A stretch of DNA of 64,000 bases from Patescibacteria group bacterium (lineage in GTDB: Bacteria; Patescibacteriota; Saccharimonadia; Saccharimonadales; VXPC01). The translations under genes were made by a program, and so were the position numbers. The first letter of the stretch is position 1, and each line of letters begins with the position of its first letter. The DNA lies in the NCBI GenBank assembly GCA_039028495.1, contig JBCCHY010000001.1, forward strand, positions 3,528 through 67,527. Direction: 5' to 3'. Positions 27,072 to 35,961 of this stretch are shown piece by piece. The notes below the pieces were generated by a model that was not told the DNA's origin, made no database searches, and saw only the letters and a program-made list of their open reading frames with translations.

Positions 27072-27938
27072 CTATACCCTTCTCTTGCTCCGTCTACGTT
27101 GTCGTATAGACCCACCGGAACCACTACGACCAATCCCTAGCGCTCCAAAAGGACTAAAGCCAAGTGCTTTCTGCCCCAAGCCATCTCGAGCTGACCAATT
27201 TGCGTGACCCGTAGCTCCTATAATATTGTCATGTTCGTCCCGATGAACTGTAACCTTCCTCTCGTTACCGAGAACTGCAGCACCAACAGCTACAGCGCCT
27301 GAAAATAGAGCAACACCGACCGGCATGGATGTGAGGTTTTCCGCCCCATCAAATAGCAGATCTTTAAAGAACCATTTAAACGGCTGGAATTCGCCCGAAG
27401 GCACCTCGGATATGCTTTCGCCTAATCTTCCGGCTGCATCCCTTGCCATGTCCGTGCCCTTATCAATTTCATCTGCCCAGCTGTCTGGGATTATGTCCAC
27501 TGGGTCTTTATCTGTAATTTCATCCAATCCGTCGTTTGATAATTCGCTGGTTTCTCGACCAGAGTTAAAGAGTGTCCCTCTGATACCGCTACCCCAAAAA
27601 CCTATCGCAGCCACTGTTCCTACGAATCTAATTGCAGATCTACCTTTTTCTACTATAAAAGACTCAGGTGTCCCCGGCTCTACTGTTTCATTTTTCAGAG
27701 TTGTAACAAAACGTGCTGGTGCATCTACAGGTTTTGTGAGTATATTCATCCCTCCTGCGAATACACGCCTAACCCCTGTGTAAGGATTGGCTTTCACGGG
27801 TGGTGTAGAGAATGCAATCGCAGCAGCCCCTAGAGCATTTTGGTCTTCAGGATCGAGATTGTTATAAGCATTTCTAGCATTAGCGGCTGCTCGACGCGCA
27901 TTTGCTTTTATATTCATTCTAGGTAGTCTTGGTGCCAT
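27072..27938 (-). CDS. Hypothetical protein with Gly-rich TM region and basic C-terminal tail
   Basis: 288 aa; only minus-strand gene inside the + strand T4SS block; C-terminus ...RQRRRSKRRV. Confidence 0.4.
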   Translation of the reverse strand: MAPRLPRMNIKANARRAAANARNAYNNLDPEDQNALGAAAIAFSTPPVKANPYTGVRRVFAGGMNILTKPVDAPARFVTTLKNETVEPGTPESFIVEKGRSAIRFVGTVAAIGFWGSGIRGTLFNSGRETSELSNDGLDEITDKDPVDIIPDSWADEIDKGTDMARDAAGRLGESISEVPSGEFQPFKWFFKDLLFDGAENLTSMPVGVALFSGAVAVGAAVLGNERKVTVHRDEHDNIIGATGHANWSARDGLGQKALGFSPFGALGIGRSGSGGSIRQRRRSKRRV

Positions 27939-27994
27939 GGCTATATATTAGCATAAGTTTGCTTGTTTGTAAATAGTCTTATGCTTACTTTTCT

Positions 27995-28990
27995 TTGTAC
28001 TTGCACCTACTCGAATCACCACTGGAGAAAAGTCTGACTACTGTTATAATAATGCTCATGGCAACCTATAAAGTTCTGCAGGACATAGAGGCAGAAGACA
28101 AGCTGATCGGGCCGCTGACGTTCAAGCAGCTGGTGTTTGGATTCATTGCTGCCGGGATCATGTTTCTCGGCTGGTTTGTAGCACGCAGTAGCAGCATATT
28201 CATATTCATTCCATTCTTCATCCTGGCCAGCCCATTTTTATTTCTGGCGGCACCCATAGGGCAGGACCAGCCTAATGATGTCTGGCTAGGCGCTCGGCTA
28301 CGATTTTTTTTCAAACCGCGCGTACGTAAGTGGGACCAGACAGGGCAAAGCGAATACGTCACCGTAACTGCCCCAAAGCGTGAAGAGCACGTATACACAG
28401 ATGGATTGGAGCAGACAGAGGTAGAAAGCCGCCTAAAGCTACTCGCCAACACACTAGACAGCCGCGGCTGGGCGGTTAAAAATAGCAACGTAAACCTAGA
28501 AAAGGTGACCAGCGCTAGCACCATGAGCGATGGGGCGCGACTCGTCCATCCGGGCGACCTGCCGCAAGAGGTGCAGCAAGTGGACATACATGCTAGTGAC
28601 GATATGTTTGATGGTACCGCTCGTATTGGCCAGAACGTTGACCAGCTCATGAGTGAACGGCAGGAGCAGGCCCGTATATCAGCCGTACGCCAGATGCAGA
28701 CAACGCCGACTAGCGGACAAGTTCTAGAGGCAGAGTTCCTCGACCAGCTCCACAAACAGCAGGACCGTCTAGGCATACATCATGGTGACGAAGTAGCTGA
28801 AGCCAGAGACGTCGGTCACTCAGCAGTAGCGGCAGAACGAAAAATACCGGAGATACCAAAAGCCCCAGATACTAACCAACAGCTGGGGGCGGTAAATGAC
28901 CTGAAAGTATCGACGCTCGCTAGTCTGGCGAAAAACAAAAAATCCGGTGACGATACACTTACCGACGATACGGTGATAGAATTACACTAA
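27995..28990 (+). CDS. PrgI/VirB3-like membrane protein with long C-terminal extension (start possibly at 28055 or 28061)
   Basis: N-terminus MATYKVLQDIEAEDKLIGPLTFKQLVFGFIAAGIMFLGWF plus a second TM helix resembles PrgI-family (VirB3-like) proteins that precede VirB4 in Gram-positive-type T4SS. Confidence 0.5.
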   Translation: MYLHLLESPLEKSLTTVIIMLMATYKVLQDIEAEDKLIGPLTFKQLVFGFIAAGIMFLGWFVARSSSIFIFIPFFILASPFLFLAAPIGQDQPNDVWLGARLRFFFKPRVRKWDQTGQSEYVTVTAPKREEHVYTDGLEQTEVESRLKLLANTLDSRGWAVKNSNVNLEKVTSASTMSDGARLVHPGDLPQEVQQVDIHASDDMFDGTARIGQNVDQLMSERQEQARISAVRQMQTTPTSGQVLEAEFLDQLHKQQDRLGIHHGDEVAEARDVGHSAVAAERKIPEIPKAPDTNQQLGAVNDLKVSTLASLAKNKKSGDDTLTDDTVIELH

Positions 28991-29003
28991 TTAAAGGGGT
29001 GGG

Positions 29004-29870
29004 ATGAATCCAAATAACCAAGCACCAGGACAACCAGGACAGGCGGCCGCTCAAGCCCCGGTCAATCCTACCCTGGCTCCAGTCAACCCTGGAGCAATCA
29101 CTGGAGGCCCACAGCCTGGTCAGCCAAAACCTGCGGTATCCGTAAACCCCAATAGCACCCAAAACACCCTGCAGGTAGCAGAGGTCCGTGACGGTATCGT
29201 CATCATGGCCGATGGATCATTCCGGGCCGTTGTCATGTGTAAAGCCATCAACTTTGACCTCATGAGCCCTCAGGAAAAAGAGGGTGTAGAGTACGCCTAT
29301 CAGGGATTTCTAAATTCCCTCTACTTTGACATCCAGATATCTGTCAAATCTCGCCGCGTAGACGTCAAACCATATCTAGAGAAACTGACCAAAATCCGCC
29401 GCGAACAGGACAATATGCTGCTCGGTCTACTCATGGAGGACTACATATATTTCCTCGAGGATCTCACGCAGCAGACTAATATCATGGACAAAATGTTCTA
29501 TGTCACGATCCCATACTATGACACTAGCCTATCTGCCGCCAACATCTCTCGCAGTACCAAAAATATCTTTGCCAACATATTCTCATTCAATAAAACTCCG
29601 GACAAAGTAACAATAGACGAAAATGCTCTGGAGCAGGCTAAAACAGAGCTCCGTAACCGCGTCCAGGCAATCATGCAGGGATTACAGGCCTGTGGGGTCC
29701 AGAGCCTACCACTTGATACAGAGGAGCTGATCGAGCTCTACTACGATAGCTATAACCCAGATACTGCAACTAGGCAAAAGCTCAAAAACTTCGGTGGACT
29801 GTCTCAGGATGTTATTGGCAAGGGTGACGGTGTTGCCAGTACGGATCACTTGAATCGGAGTGTCCAGTAA
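29004..29870 (+). CDS. VirB4-like ATPase, N-terminal domain encoded as a separate ORF (Pro/Gln-rich leader plus TcpF/PrgJ-type N-domain)
   Basis: 288 aa; IVIMADGSFRAVVMCKAINFDLMSPQEKEGVEYAYQGFLNSLYFDIQISVKSRRVD matches the N-terminal domain of Gram-positive-type VirB4; stop TAA overlaps next ATG (TAATG). Confidence 0.5.
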   Translation: MNPNNQAPGQPGQAAAQAPVNPTLAPVNPGAITGGPQPGQPKPAVSVNPNSTQNTLQVAEVRDGIVIMADGSFRAVVMCKAINFDLMSPQEKEGVEYAYQGFLNSLYFDIQISVKSRRVDVKPYLEKLTKIRREQDNMLLGLLMEDYIYFLEDLTQQTNIMDKMFYVTIPYYDTSLSAANISRSTKNIFANIFSFNKTPDKVTIDENALEQAKTELRNRVQAIMQGLQACGVQSLPLDTEELIELYYDSYNPDTATRQKLKNFGGLSQDVIGKGDGVASTDHLNRSVQ

Positions 29871-31801
29871 TGTTCGGTAAAAAGAAACAGCAGGTAGACC
29901 CCGTTACTCTGGCTCAGCAGCAGCGCATGCAGGAACAAGTAGAGGTCCAGCACGCCTTTCAAAAAGGCGTCACAGCACTACGTGACTTTATCGCCCCCAG
30001 TAGCATCATGTTCGAAGGCGGCTACTTCCAGCTCGGTACGCGCTATGCCCGCACATACTATGTGTATGGTTACCCGCGCAAGGTATATACCGGCTGGTTA
30101 AGCGGTCTCATAAACATCGATGAAGTCATGGACATGTCGATGTTTATCTACACTGCCGACAGCCAAGTCGTACTAGAAAACCTACGTAAAAAGGTTGGTC
30201 AGCTAGAGGCGGGTATAAGCCTCGACAATGAAAAGGGCCGCGTCCGTGACCCGGCCAAACAAGCAGCGATCCTGGACGCTGAAGAAATGCGAGACAAACT
30301 ACAGGTGGGTGAAGAGCGCTTCTTCCGCTTTGGACTGTACTTCACAATCTACGGCAATAGTTTTGATGAGCTAGAGTTCATTAGCCACAAGGTAGAAACA
30401 ATGCTCGGTAACCAACTGGTATACAGTAAACCAGCCAGCGCCCAGCAAGAACAAGGCCTCAATAGCACCATCCCGCAATTTGTCGACCAGCTACAAATTA
30501 GGCGCAATATGAACACGGGTGCTATCAGTACTTCATTCCCATTCACTAGTGCCGACCTGACACAGGAGAGCGGCATTCTCTACGGTGTAAACATGCACAA
30601 TTCTGGGCTAGTCATTTTTGACCGCTTCGGTTTAGAGAACAGCAACAGCGTGGTTTTCGCGAAATCTGGTGCAGGTAAAAGCTTTACCGTCAAACTCGAA
30701 GCCCTCCGCCAGCTAATGCTTGGCACAGAGATCGTCATTATCGACCCAGAGAATGAATACCAGCGCATGTGTGAAGCAGTCGGCGGATCCTATCTGAAAC
30801 TCAGTCTCAATAGCCCAACCAGAGTCAATCCTTTTGACCTACCAAGAGTAGTTGATGCCGAAGACGGTGAGAACGCCCTGCGGTCTAACCTGATTACACT
30901 ACATGGGCTGCTGCGTCTTATGATGGGTGGGGCACAGGCCCAGCTAGCGGCAGGTGGGGCAGCTACCATGCCGGTGCTCACCCCGAGTGAAGAGGCAGAC
31001 CTAGATGCAGCCCTCATTACTACCTACGAAAAGGCCGGTATCACCAACGACCCGCTAACCCATGGTAGCCCTCCGCCGACCATAGCTGATCTCTACGATA
31101 CTCTGCTGCACATGGGCGGCTCTGGGCCTCAGCTTGCACAGCGACTGCGTAAATATACCAGCGGCACATTCGCCGGTATATTCAGCCAGCAGAGCAACAT
31201 TGATATGGATAATCCGCTTGTCTGCTTTAACGTGCGGGACCTAGAGGACGAGCTACGACCAGTGGCTATGTATATCGTGCTTAACTACATCTGGAACAAG
31301 ACCAAGGCTGACCAGAAGCGCCGTATCCTGGTCGTTGACGAGGCCTGGCAGCTAATGAAATATGAAGACTCTGCTAATTTCCTTTTCAGCCTGGCAAAAC
31401 GAGCCCGTAAGTATAATCTAGGTATCACGACGATCACTCAGGATGTAGAGGACTTCATGGCATCTCGCATGGGTAGGGCAATCGTCGCCAATGCGAGCAT
31501 GCAGATACTGCTCAAACAGTCTCCAAGTGCTGTCGACGTTCTCGCAGATGTCTTCAAGCTAACGAGCGAGGAAAAGAAACGTCTTAGTCAGTTCCCTGTC
31601 GGGCAAGGGCTCTTTTTCGCCGGTCAAAACCATGTCCATATACAAATTCTACCGAGCGCAACCGAGCAGGAGCTCATCACAACTAATCCGGATCAGATCG
31701 CTGCTCTGCAGCAGGCCCAGGAGCAGCCTCAGCAAACAACAAATCTAAACGACAGCCTCATGCCTGGTGTCGGTGATAGCTCCGAAATCCAGCTCCACTA
31801 A
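29870..31801 (+). CDS. virB4: VirB4-like T4SS ATPase (central and C-terminal ATPase domains)
   Basis: 643 aa; Walker A FAKSGAGKSFTVK, Walker B ILVVDEAWQLM, VirB4-type middle region (GYFQLGTRYARTYYVYGYP...GWLSGL). Confidence 0.8.
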   Translation: MFGKKKQQVDPVTLAQQQRMQEQVEVQHAFQKGVTALRDFIAPSSIMFEGGYFQLGTRYARTYYVYGYPRKVYTGWLSGLINIDEVMDMSMFIYTADSQVVLENLRKKVGQLEAGISLDNEKGRVRDPAKQAAILDAEEMRDKLQVGEERFFRFGLYFTIYGNSFDELEFISHKVETMLGNQLVYSKPASAQQEQGLNSTIPQFVDQLQIRRNMNTGAISTSFPFTSADLTQESGILYGVNMHNSGLVIFDRFGLENSNSVVFAKSGAGKSFTVKLEALRQLMLGTEIVIIDPENEYQRMCEAVGGSYLKLSLNSPTRVNPFDLPRVVDAEDGENALRSNLITLHGLLRLMMGGAQAQLAAGGAATMPVLTPSEEADLDAALITTYEKAGITNDPLTHGSPPPTIADLYDTLLHMGGSGPQLAQRLRKYTSGTFAGIFSQQSNIDMDNPLVCFNVRDLEDELRPVAMYIVLNYIWNKTKADQKRRILVVDEAWQLMKYEDSANFLFSLAKRARKYNLGITTITQDVEDFMASRMGRAIVANASMQILLKQSPSAVDVLADVFKLTSEEKKRLSQFPVGQGLFFAGQNHVHIQILPSATEQELITTNPDQIAALQQAQEQPQQTTNLNDSLMPGVGDSSEIQLH

Positions 31802-31855
31802 TATCTACCTCTGTAAAAACTAGATACTCATGGTTAGCTCCTATATACTTACGTC

Positions 31856-34675
31856 ATGGGAATTTTCAGAGGTGACAACCAGGACGACGGCTACGAGCCT
31901 GACGCTCTTGCTCCCGATGCAGCAGAAACACCCGACAATACTCACCACACTGCTGAAGCCGAACAGGCTCAACTGGCAAACATACTGGCTGAAAACGGCG
32001 TGTATGATGCCGAGGATCAAGGGAGTTTTTATACGGGCCCCATTGCTGAGGCAGAGGATGAGGCTGCGGCAAGCACAGAGGAAACATCTAATGATGACCT
32101 AGAGAGCGGTCGCCTGGGTAGTTTTTACCAGGCAGCGGCCGCACGGACCTCTCCATCAAAGGGCAAAATATTCGGTGCACTGGGGTTGTTTGTTGCCCCT
32201 TATCTATTCCTGCTGCCATTACTATTCACACCCGGATTCGACCTAGAGCATATCAACCGCCTGACGACGGCTTTTAGGTTTGGGCATTTCCACACACAAC
32301 TCGGCAAACGAGTAAACCATCTAGCTAATTTCCAGATAGCCTACACTGCAGGGGGCGCCGACTATATAGAGGGTAGAAATATACCAAACTACGAGAGAAC
32401 CACCATGTTTCAGCGCATGGTTGGATCGGATGCAAAATCTGTCTGGGATAAATACGGAGACAGATTTACTCCTGTCTATGAACGCAGGGCAACGACCCTC
32501 GGACTTAGACGTCTAACGTCAATTACGGACGAAGTCACTGGCATAACCTATAGCACTAGACGAACCCCTGATCTGAGAGCGCTCGAGCAGCTCACTGCTA
32601 GCCTGGACCCAACCGATGCCCAAGTCGGAGTGCTCAGAACTAGGCCTGAGATATCCCTGTTTGCCCGAAATAACGGCGTGCCGTTCAGTAGGTTCGCACT
32701 TATAGTTAGCAAACTGAGAGAAAACCATCCTGACGTTGATACCAGACAAAAGGTGCGTGCAGAAGCAACTAAAGAAAGGCGCAATGCTACAAAACCAAGA
32801 GCAACCACCTTTCAAACCTTGGCGGGAGCTGGTCAGGAAGAGCTGAGCGATGGCTTCGTAGAGCAAATTGAATCGGGTGAATCACCTGGCAGAGCTCGCC
32901 AATGGCTCGCCGACAATCTCGAGTTTAATAAAAAGGTGCTCCTAAATACTGGTAGGCTCAGTGTAGCTGTTGGATTGGGTACAATTGCCTGCGTCTTCAG
33001 GGATGCTGCTGACACTATAGAGCAGGGTATCGTGGATAGAACACGAGGGCTCATGGTTCAGGCATCAGACACAGAGACAAATGTGTCTCAAAACAGACTT
33101 GGCTTAAACCCCGCCGAGATTGCAGCAGTGCTATCTAGCGATTTTGACGGACATGTACGCTCTGCAGCCTGGGCAGCATCAATGAAGGGCGTTCCTGTTG
33201 AAGAGACCGATCCAGATTTTAATTTTAGTAATCTATTCAACTTTAAAAATTATCTGGGAATATCAGTACGTACAGTCCTAGAGTTTGATAGGGCTATAGA
33301 CTTTGCTATCGACAACATACCTTCAAACCCTGCTGAGGTGTTAACAGACATTGGCGAAGCTATTCCTGTAGTGGGTAGTCCTTTTGGACTAATTGATAAT
33401 TCTTTTGATAGTCTCAAAAGAAGAGCTGCTGATGAAGGTTGCAAACATATCCTCAACCCGGGAGTGCAGATCGGCCTCACCGTAGTAGAACTCGTAGGTA
33501 CTGTAATTCTGACCTTCTTTACTGGACCGCTTGCAGGAACCGCTAAAGGAGGAGCTGGTGCGGTGATATCGCAGATTGCTAGATCAGTTGCCACCACCAG
33601 AGCAGCTGTTTCGTTAGGAGCGAGCATAGGGGCAGATTGGCTAATATATAACTGGATAATCCCGCGAGCGATAGAACAAAGTACAGGCATAAGCACCACC
33701 TACCTACCAGGTGAGGGCGCCAGGAATGTTGAAATACTGCTAGAAGGAAGTCGGCTCAATGCTGAGTCTGTTTCTCTCACGAGCGGGGGCACCATTACGA
33801 GCTCTGAGGTAGCGCTGGCGGCAAGCTTTGACCATATGCACAAATATCGAGAGTCTTTCACAGACCGCGGACTAGCCAGTAACCTCTTTGACCTAGACAA
33901 TCCATATTCAGGCGCCTCTAGTCTCGCCTCTAGCATACCTAGTAGTGTAAAAGACGGCGGTCAAAGCGTAGCTAGTCTGGCTTCATCAGTTTTTAGCGGA
34001 AGTGCGCTTATGAGCATATTTGGCGGTTCAGCATCAGCGCAGACCCAGAATAGAGACTTTAGAAACAACGGCCAGGCCTATATAGATCTCCTCTACGCAG
34101 GCAGTAGCTTTGGTGTTGGTTTTAACGAGCAGGAAATGACAGGCGAGGACCTAGACTTTGACCATGTAATAAACAGTGACTACGTCGAAGCAGATCTGCC
34201 GATACTGCTGGAGGAGTACGGCAAGTGTATAACCGTAAATTATCATGATCTAGTCCTCGTGGAGAGTGGCGTCATTAGGGATGATGAGCGTAAAAAAGAG
34301 TTAGGATATCCAGAAGAGTGCTACGATCGTGATGCACGTAGACTGCTGATCTACTGGTCCGACTGCAACACTGCCGTTAGCCTGCGCGAGGTAAGTCAGC
34401 TGCGCAGTGCCTTTTACTCGACCGAGTGTGCTCAGGATCTCGCGCCAGAGCTGCTGACCGCTGCACCGGTGAACGAGGAAGACTATCGCTATAATACTGC
34501 TCCCTACAGACTGCTGGCTGCCGCGCAGGACAAAGAGGCAAAGGAGCGGACCTTTACACAAAAAATCGGGGCTGAGCTGCGCGAGCTTCACCAAACAAGC
34601 CTTGACATGCGCGGGGACGTTTATGCAGCTACAGACGAGCCAGCCATCGCCTCGAGAAGGAGCACACTACTATGA
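31856..34675 (+). CDS. Large hypothetical membrane protein of the T4SS-like locus
   Basis: 939 aa; acidic N-terminus, TM hairpin near residue 100 (IFGALGLFVAPYLFLLPLLF), second hydrophobic block near residue 540-600; no catalytic motif. Confidence 0.5.
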   Translation: MGIFRGDNQDDGYEPDALAPDAAETPDNTHHTAEAEQAQLANILAENGVYDAEDQGSFYTGPIAEAEDEAAASTEETSNDDLESGRLGSFYQAAAARTSPSKGKIFGALGLFVAPYLFLLPLLFTPGFDLEHINRLTTAFRFGHFHTQLGKRVNHLANFQIAYTAGGADYIEGRNIPNYERTTMFQRMVGSDAKSVWDKYGDRFTPVYERRATTLGLRRLTSITDEVTGITYSTRRTPDLRALEQLTASLDPTDAQVGVLRTRPEISLFARNNGVPFSRFALIVSKLRENHPDVDTRQKVRAEATKERRNATKPRATTFQTLAGAGQEELSDGFVEQIESGESPGRARQWLADNLEFNKKVLLNTGRLSVAVGLGTIACVFRDAADTIEQGIVDRTRGLMVQASDTETNVSQNRLGLNPAEIAAVLSSDFDGHVRSAAWAASMKGVPVEETDPDFNFSNLFNFKNYLGISVRTVLEFDRAIDFAIDNIPSNPAEVLTDIGEAIPVVGSPFGLIDNSFDSLKRRAADEGCKHILNPGVQIGLTVVELVGTVILTFFTGPLAGTAKGGAGAVISQIARSVATTRAAVSLGASIGADWLIYNWIIPRAIEQSTGISTTYLPGEGARNVEILLEGSRLNAESVSLTSGGTITSSEVALAASFDHMHKYRESFTDRGLASNLFDLDNPYSGASSLASSIPSSVKDGGQSVASLASSVFSGSALMSIFGGSASAQTQNRDFRNNGQAYIDLLYAGSSFGVGFNEQEMTGEDLDFDHVINSDYVEADLPILLEEYGKCITVNYHDLVLVESGVIRDDERKKELGYPEECYDRDARRLLIYWSDCNTAVSLREVSQLRSAFYSTECAQDLAPELLTAAPVNEEDYRYNTAPYRLLAAAQDKEAKERTFTQKIGAELRELHQTSLDMRGDVYAATDEPAIASRRSTLL

Positions 34676-35961
34676 GCCTGATTACGAAAATTACCGAGAA
34701 GCTATGGGGGATGACTGCTACACTGCTAGTACTCTCGGTCATTCTGGCGCCGACCACGTCCGCACAGTCTACCTTCAACGAAGGGGCCGCTCACCTGTAC
34801 CCTTGGTTTGACTATCGTGACGACGGCTCTTTCCTCGCGAACTATTCGCCCGATAACTGTAGCGTAGCTTCAAATCTCGTCGGTGGCGACCATCAAGAAA
34901 AGGCCTTTAACTTCTTTATCGGCGAAGGGCGTGGACTCTCTGCACCCCAATCAGCCGGCATAGTCGGAAACTTAATGGTCGAGTCCTACGACGAGATCAA
35001 TCCAACTGCAGAGTATCCCGGAAGCGCCAGACCCTACGGCATAGCCCAGTGGACAGACAACGGTGGCAGAAGAGATAGAATGCTAACGTGGGTAAACTCA
35101 GCCCTAAAGGACCGAGGAATTGACACCGGAGACGATCCATATACATATTTCAGTGAAGCCAGTGCTCCGTCCAGTGATGAGTTAGAAATCTATTTTGAAG
35201 TGCAGCTAGAGTTCATTTGGTACGAAATGACCCAGGGCGACGAAACGCTAGCACTCACCGAACTACAAAAGACAAACTCTGCTATTGAAGCGGCAACAGC
35301 CTTTGAGAAGTACTACGAAAGGGCTAATGGTCAGAAGCTGGAAGATCGTATAGCTAACGCAGTCGGTATTCTAAATAAATATGGCTCTAACTACGGTGGA
35401 GATGTCAGCTCTGATAGCCGCATATGTGGACAGGCAGGTAGTGGTGAAATTGTTGGTGACTGGAGCTTACCACTGAGAAGAGCGCTGTTTGATCAGAATC
35501 AGTACTGGTTCAACAAACCCCACCATAACAAGAACGAAGCCGTAGACCTAGAGGCGTCTCCCGGTGAAGAGGTCTACTCTATGACTTCTGGAACGATTAT
35601 AAACGCAGGTACTGGTACAACGGATCTATGTGGCCTGGGTGTAGTCGTTCAGTCACCAGACGGGACTCAGTTTATCTACTGCCACGGTCTCGATGGTGGC
35701 TCCGTTGATGGGGCCCGCATTAATGATACCGTAAAGGCCGGTCAGCTAATCATGCATAACGGATCCACCGGAAACTACCCGCTGGACCATCCAGACCCAG
35801 ATCTGAGAGGTAAACCTTCCTCGTCAGGGCCTCATCTACATCTTGCGATTCAGACCCCTGATGGCGCCAGAAGATGCCCACAAAAACTGCTTGAATCAAT
35901 TTACAACAAGGCTCCGATCAGCCCCGAGTCGCTTGCCACGTCAGGATGTACCAAAGGATGA
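34672..35961 (+). CDS. Secreted peptidoglycan hydrolase: lysozyme-like (phage-tail-lysozyme type) domain plus M23 peptidase domain
   Basis: 429 aa; signal peptide; SAGIVGNLMVESYDEINP...YGIAQWTDNGGRRDRML (lysozyme-like); C-terminal HHNKNEAVDL ... GSTGNYPLD...GPHLHLAIQ (M23 HxxxD / HxH). Confidence 0.7.
   Translation: MSLITKITEKLWGMTATLLVLSVILAPTTSAQSTFNEGAAHLYPWFDYRDDGSFLANYSPDNCSVASNLVGGDHQEKAFNFFIGEGRGLSAPQSAGIVGNLMVESYDEINPTAEYPGSARPYGIAQWTDNGGRRDRMLTWVNSALKDRGIDTGDDPYTYFSEASAPSSDELEIYFEVQLEFIWYEMTQGDETLALTELQKTNSAIEAATAFEKYYERANGQKLEDRIANAVGILNKYGSNYGGDVSSDSRICGQAGSGEIVGDWSLPLRRALFDQNQYWFNKPHHNKNEAVDLEASPGEEVYSMTSGTIINAGTGTTDLCGLGVVVQSPDGTQFIYCHGLDGGSVDGARINDTVKAGQLIMHNGSTGNYPLDHPDPDLRGKPSSSGPHLHLAIQTPDGARRCPQKLLESIYNKAPISPESLATSGCTKG

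Noticed and set aside
27995-28990. Calling this ORF VirB3 with confidence
   Set aside because: Only the N-terminal ~60 aa resemble PrgI/VirB3; the 250-aa C-terminal extension is unaccounted for, so kept as VirB3-like with modest confidence.
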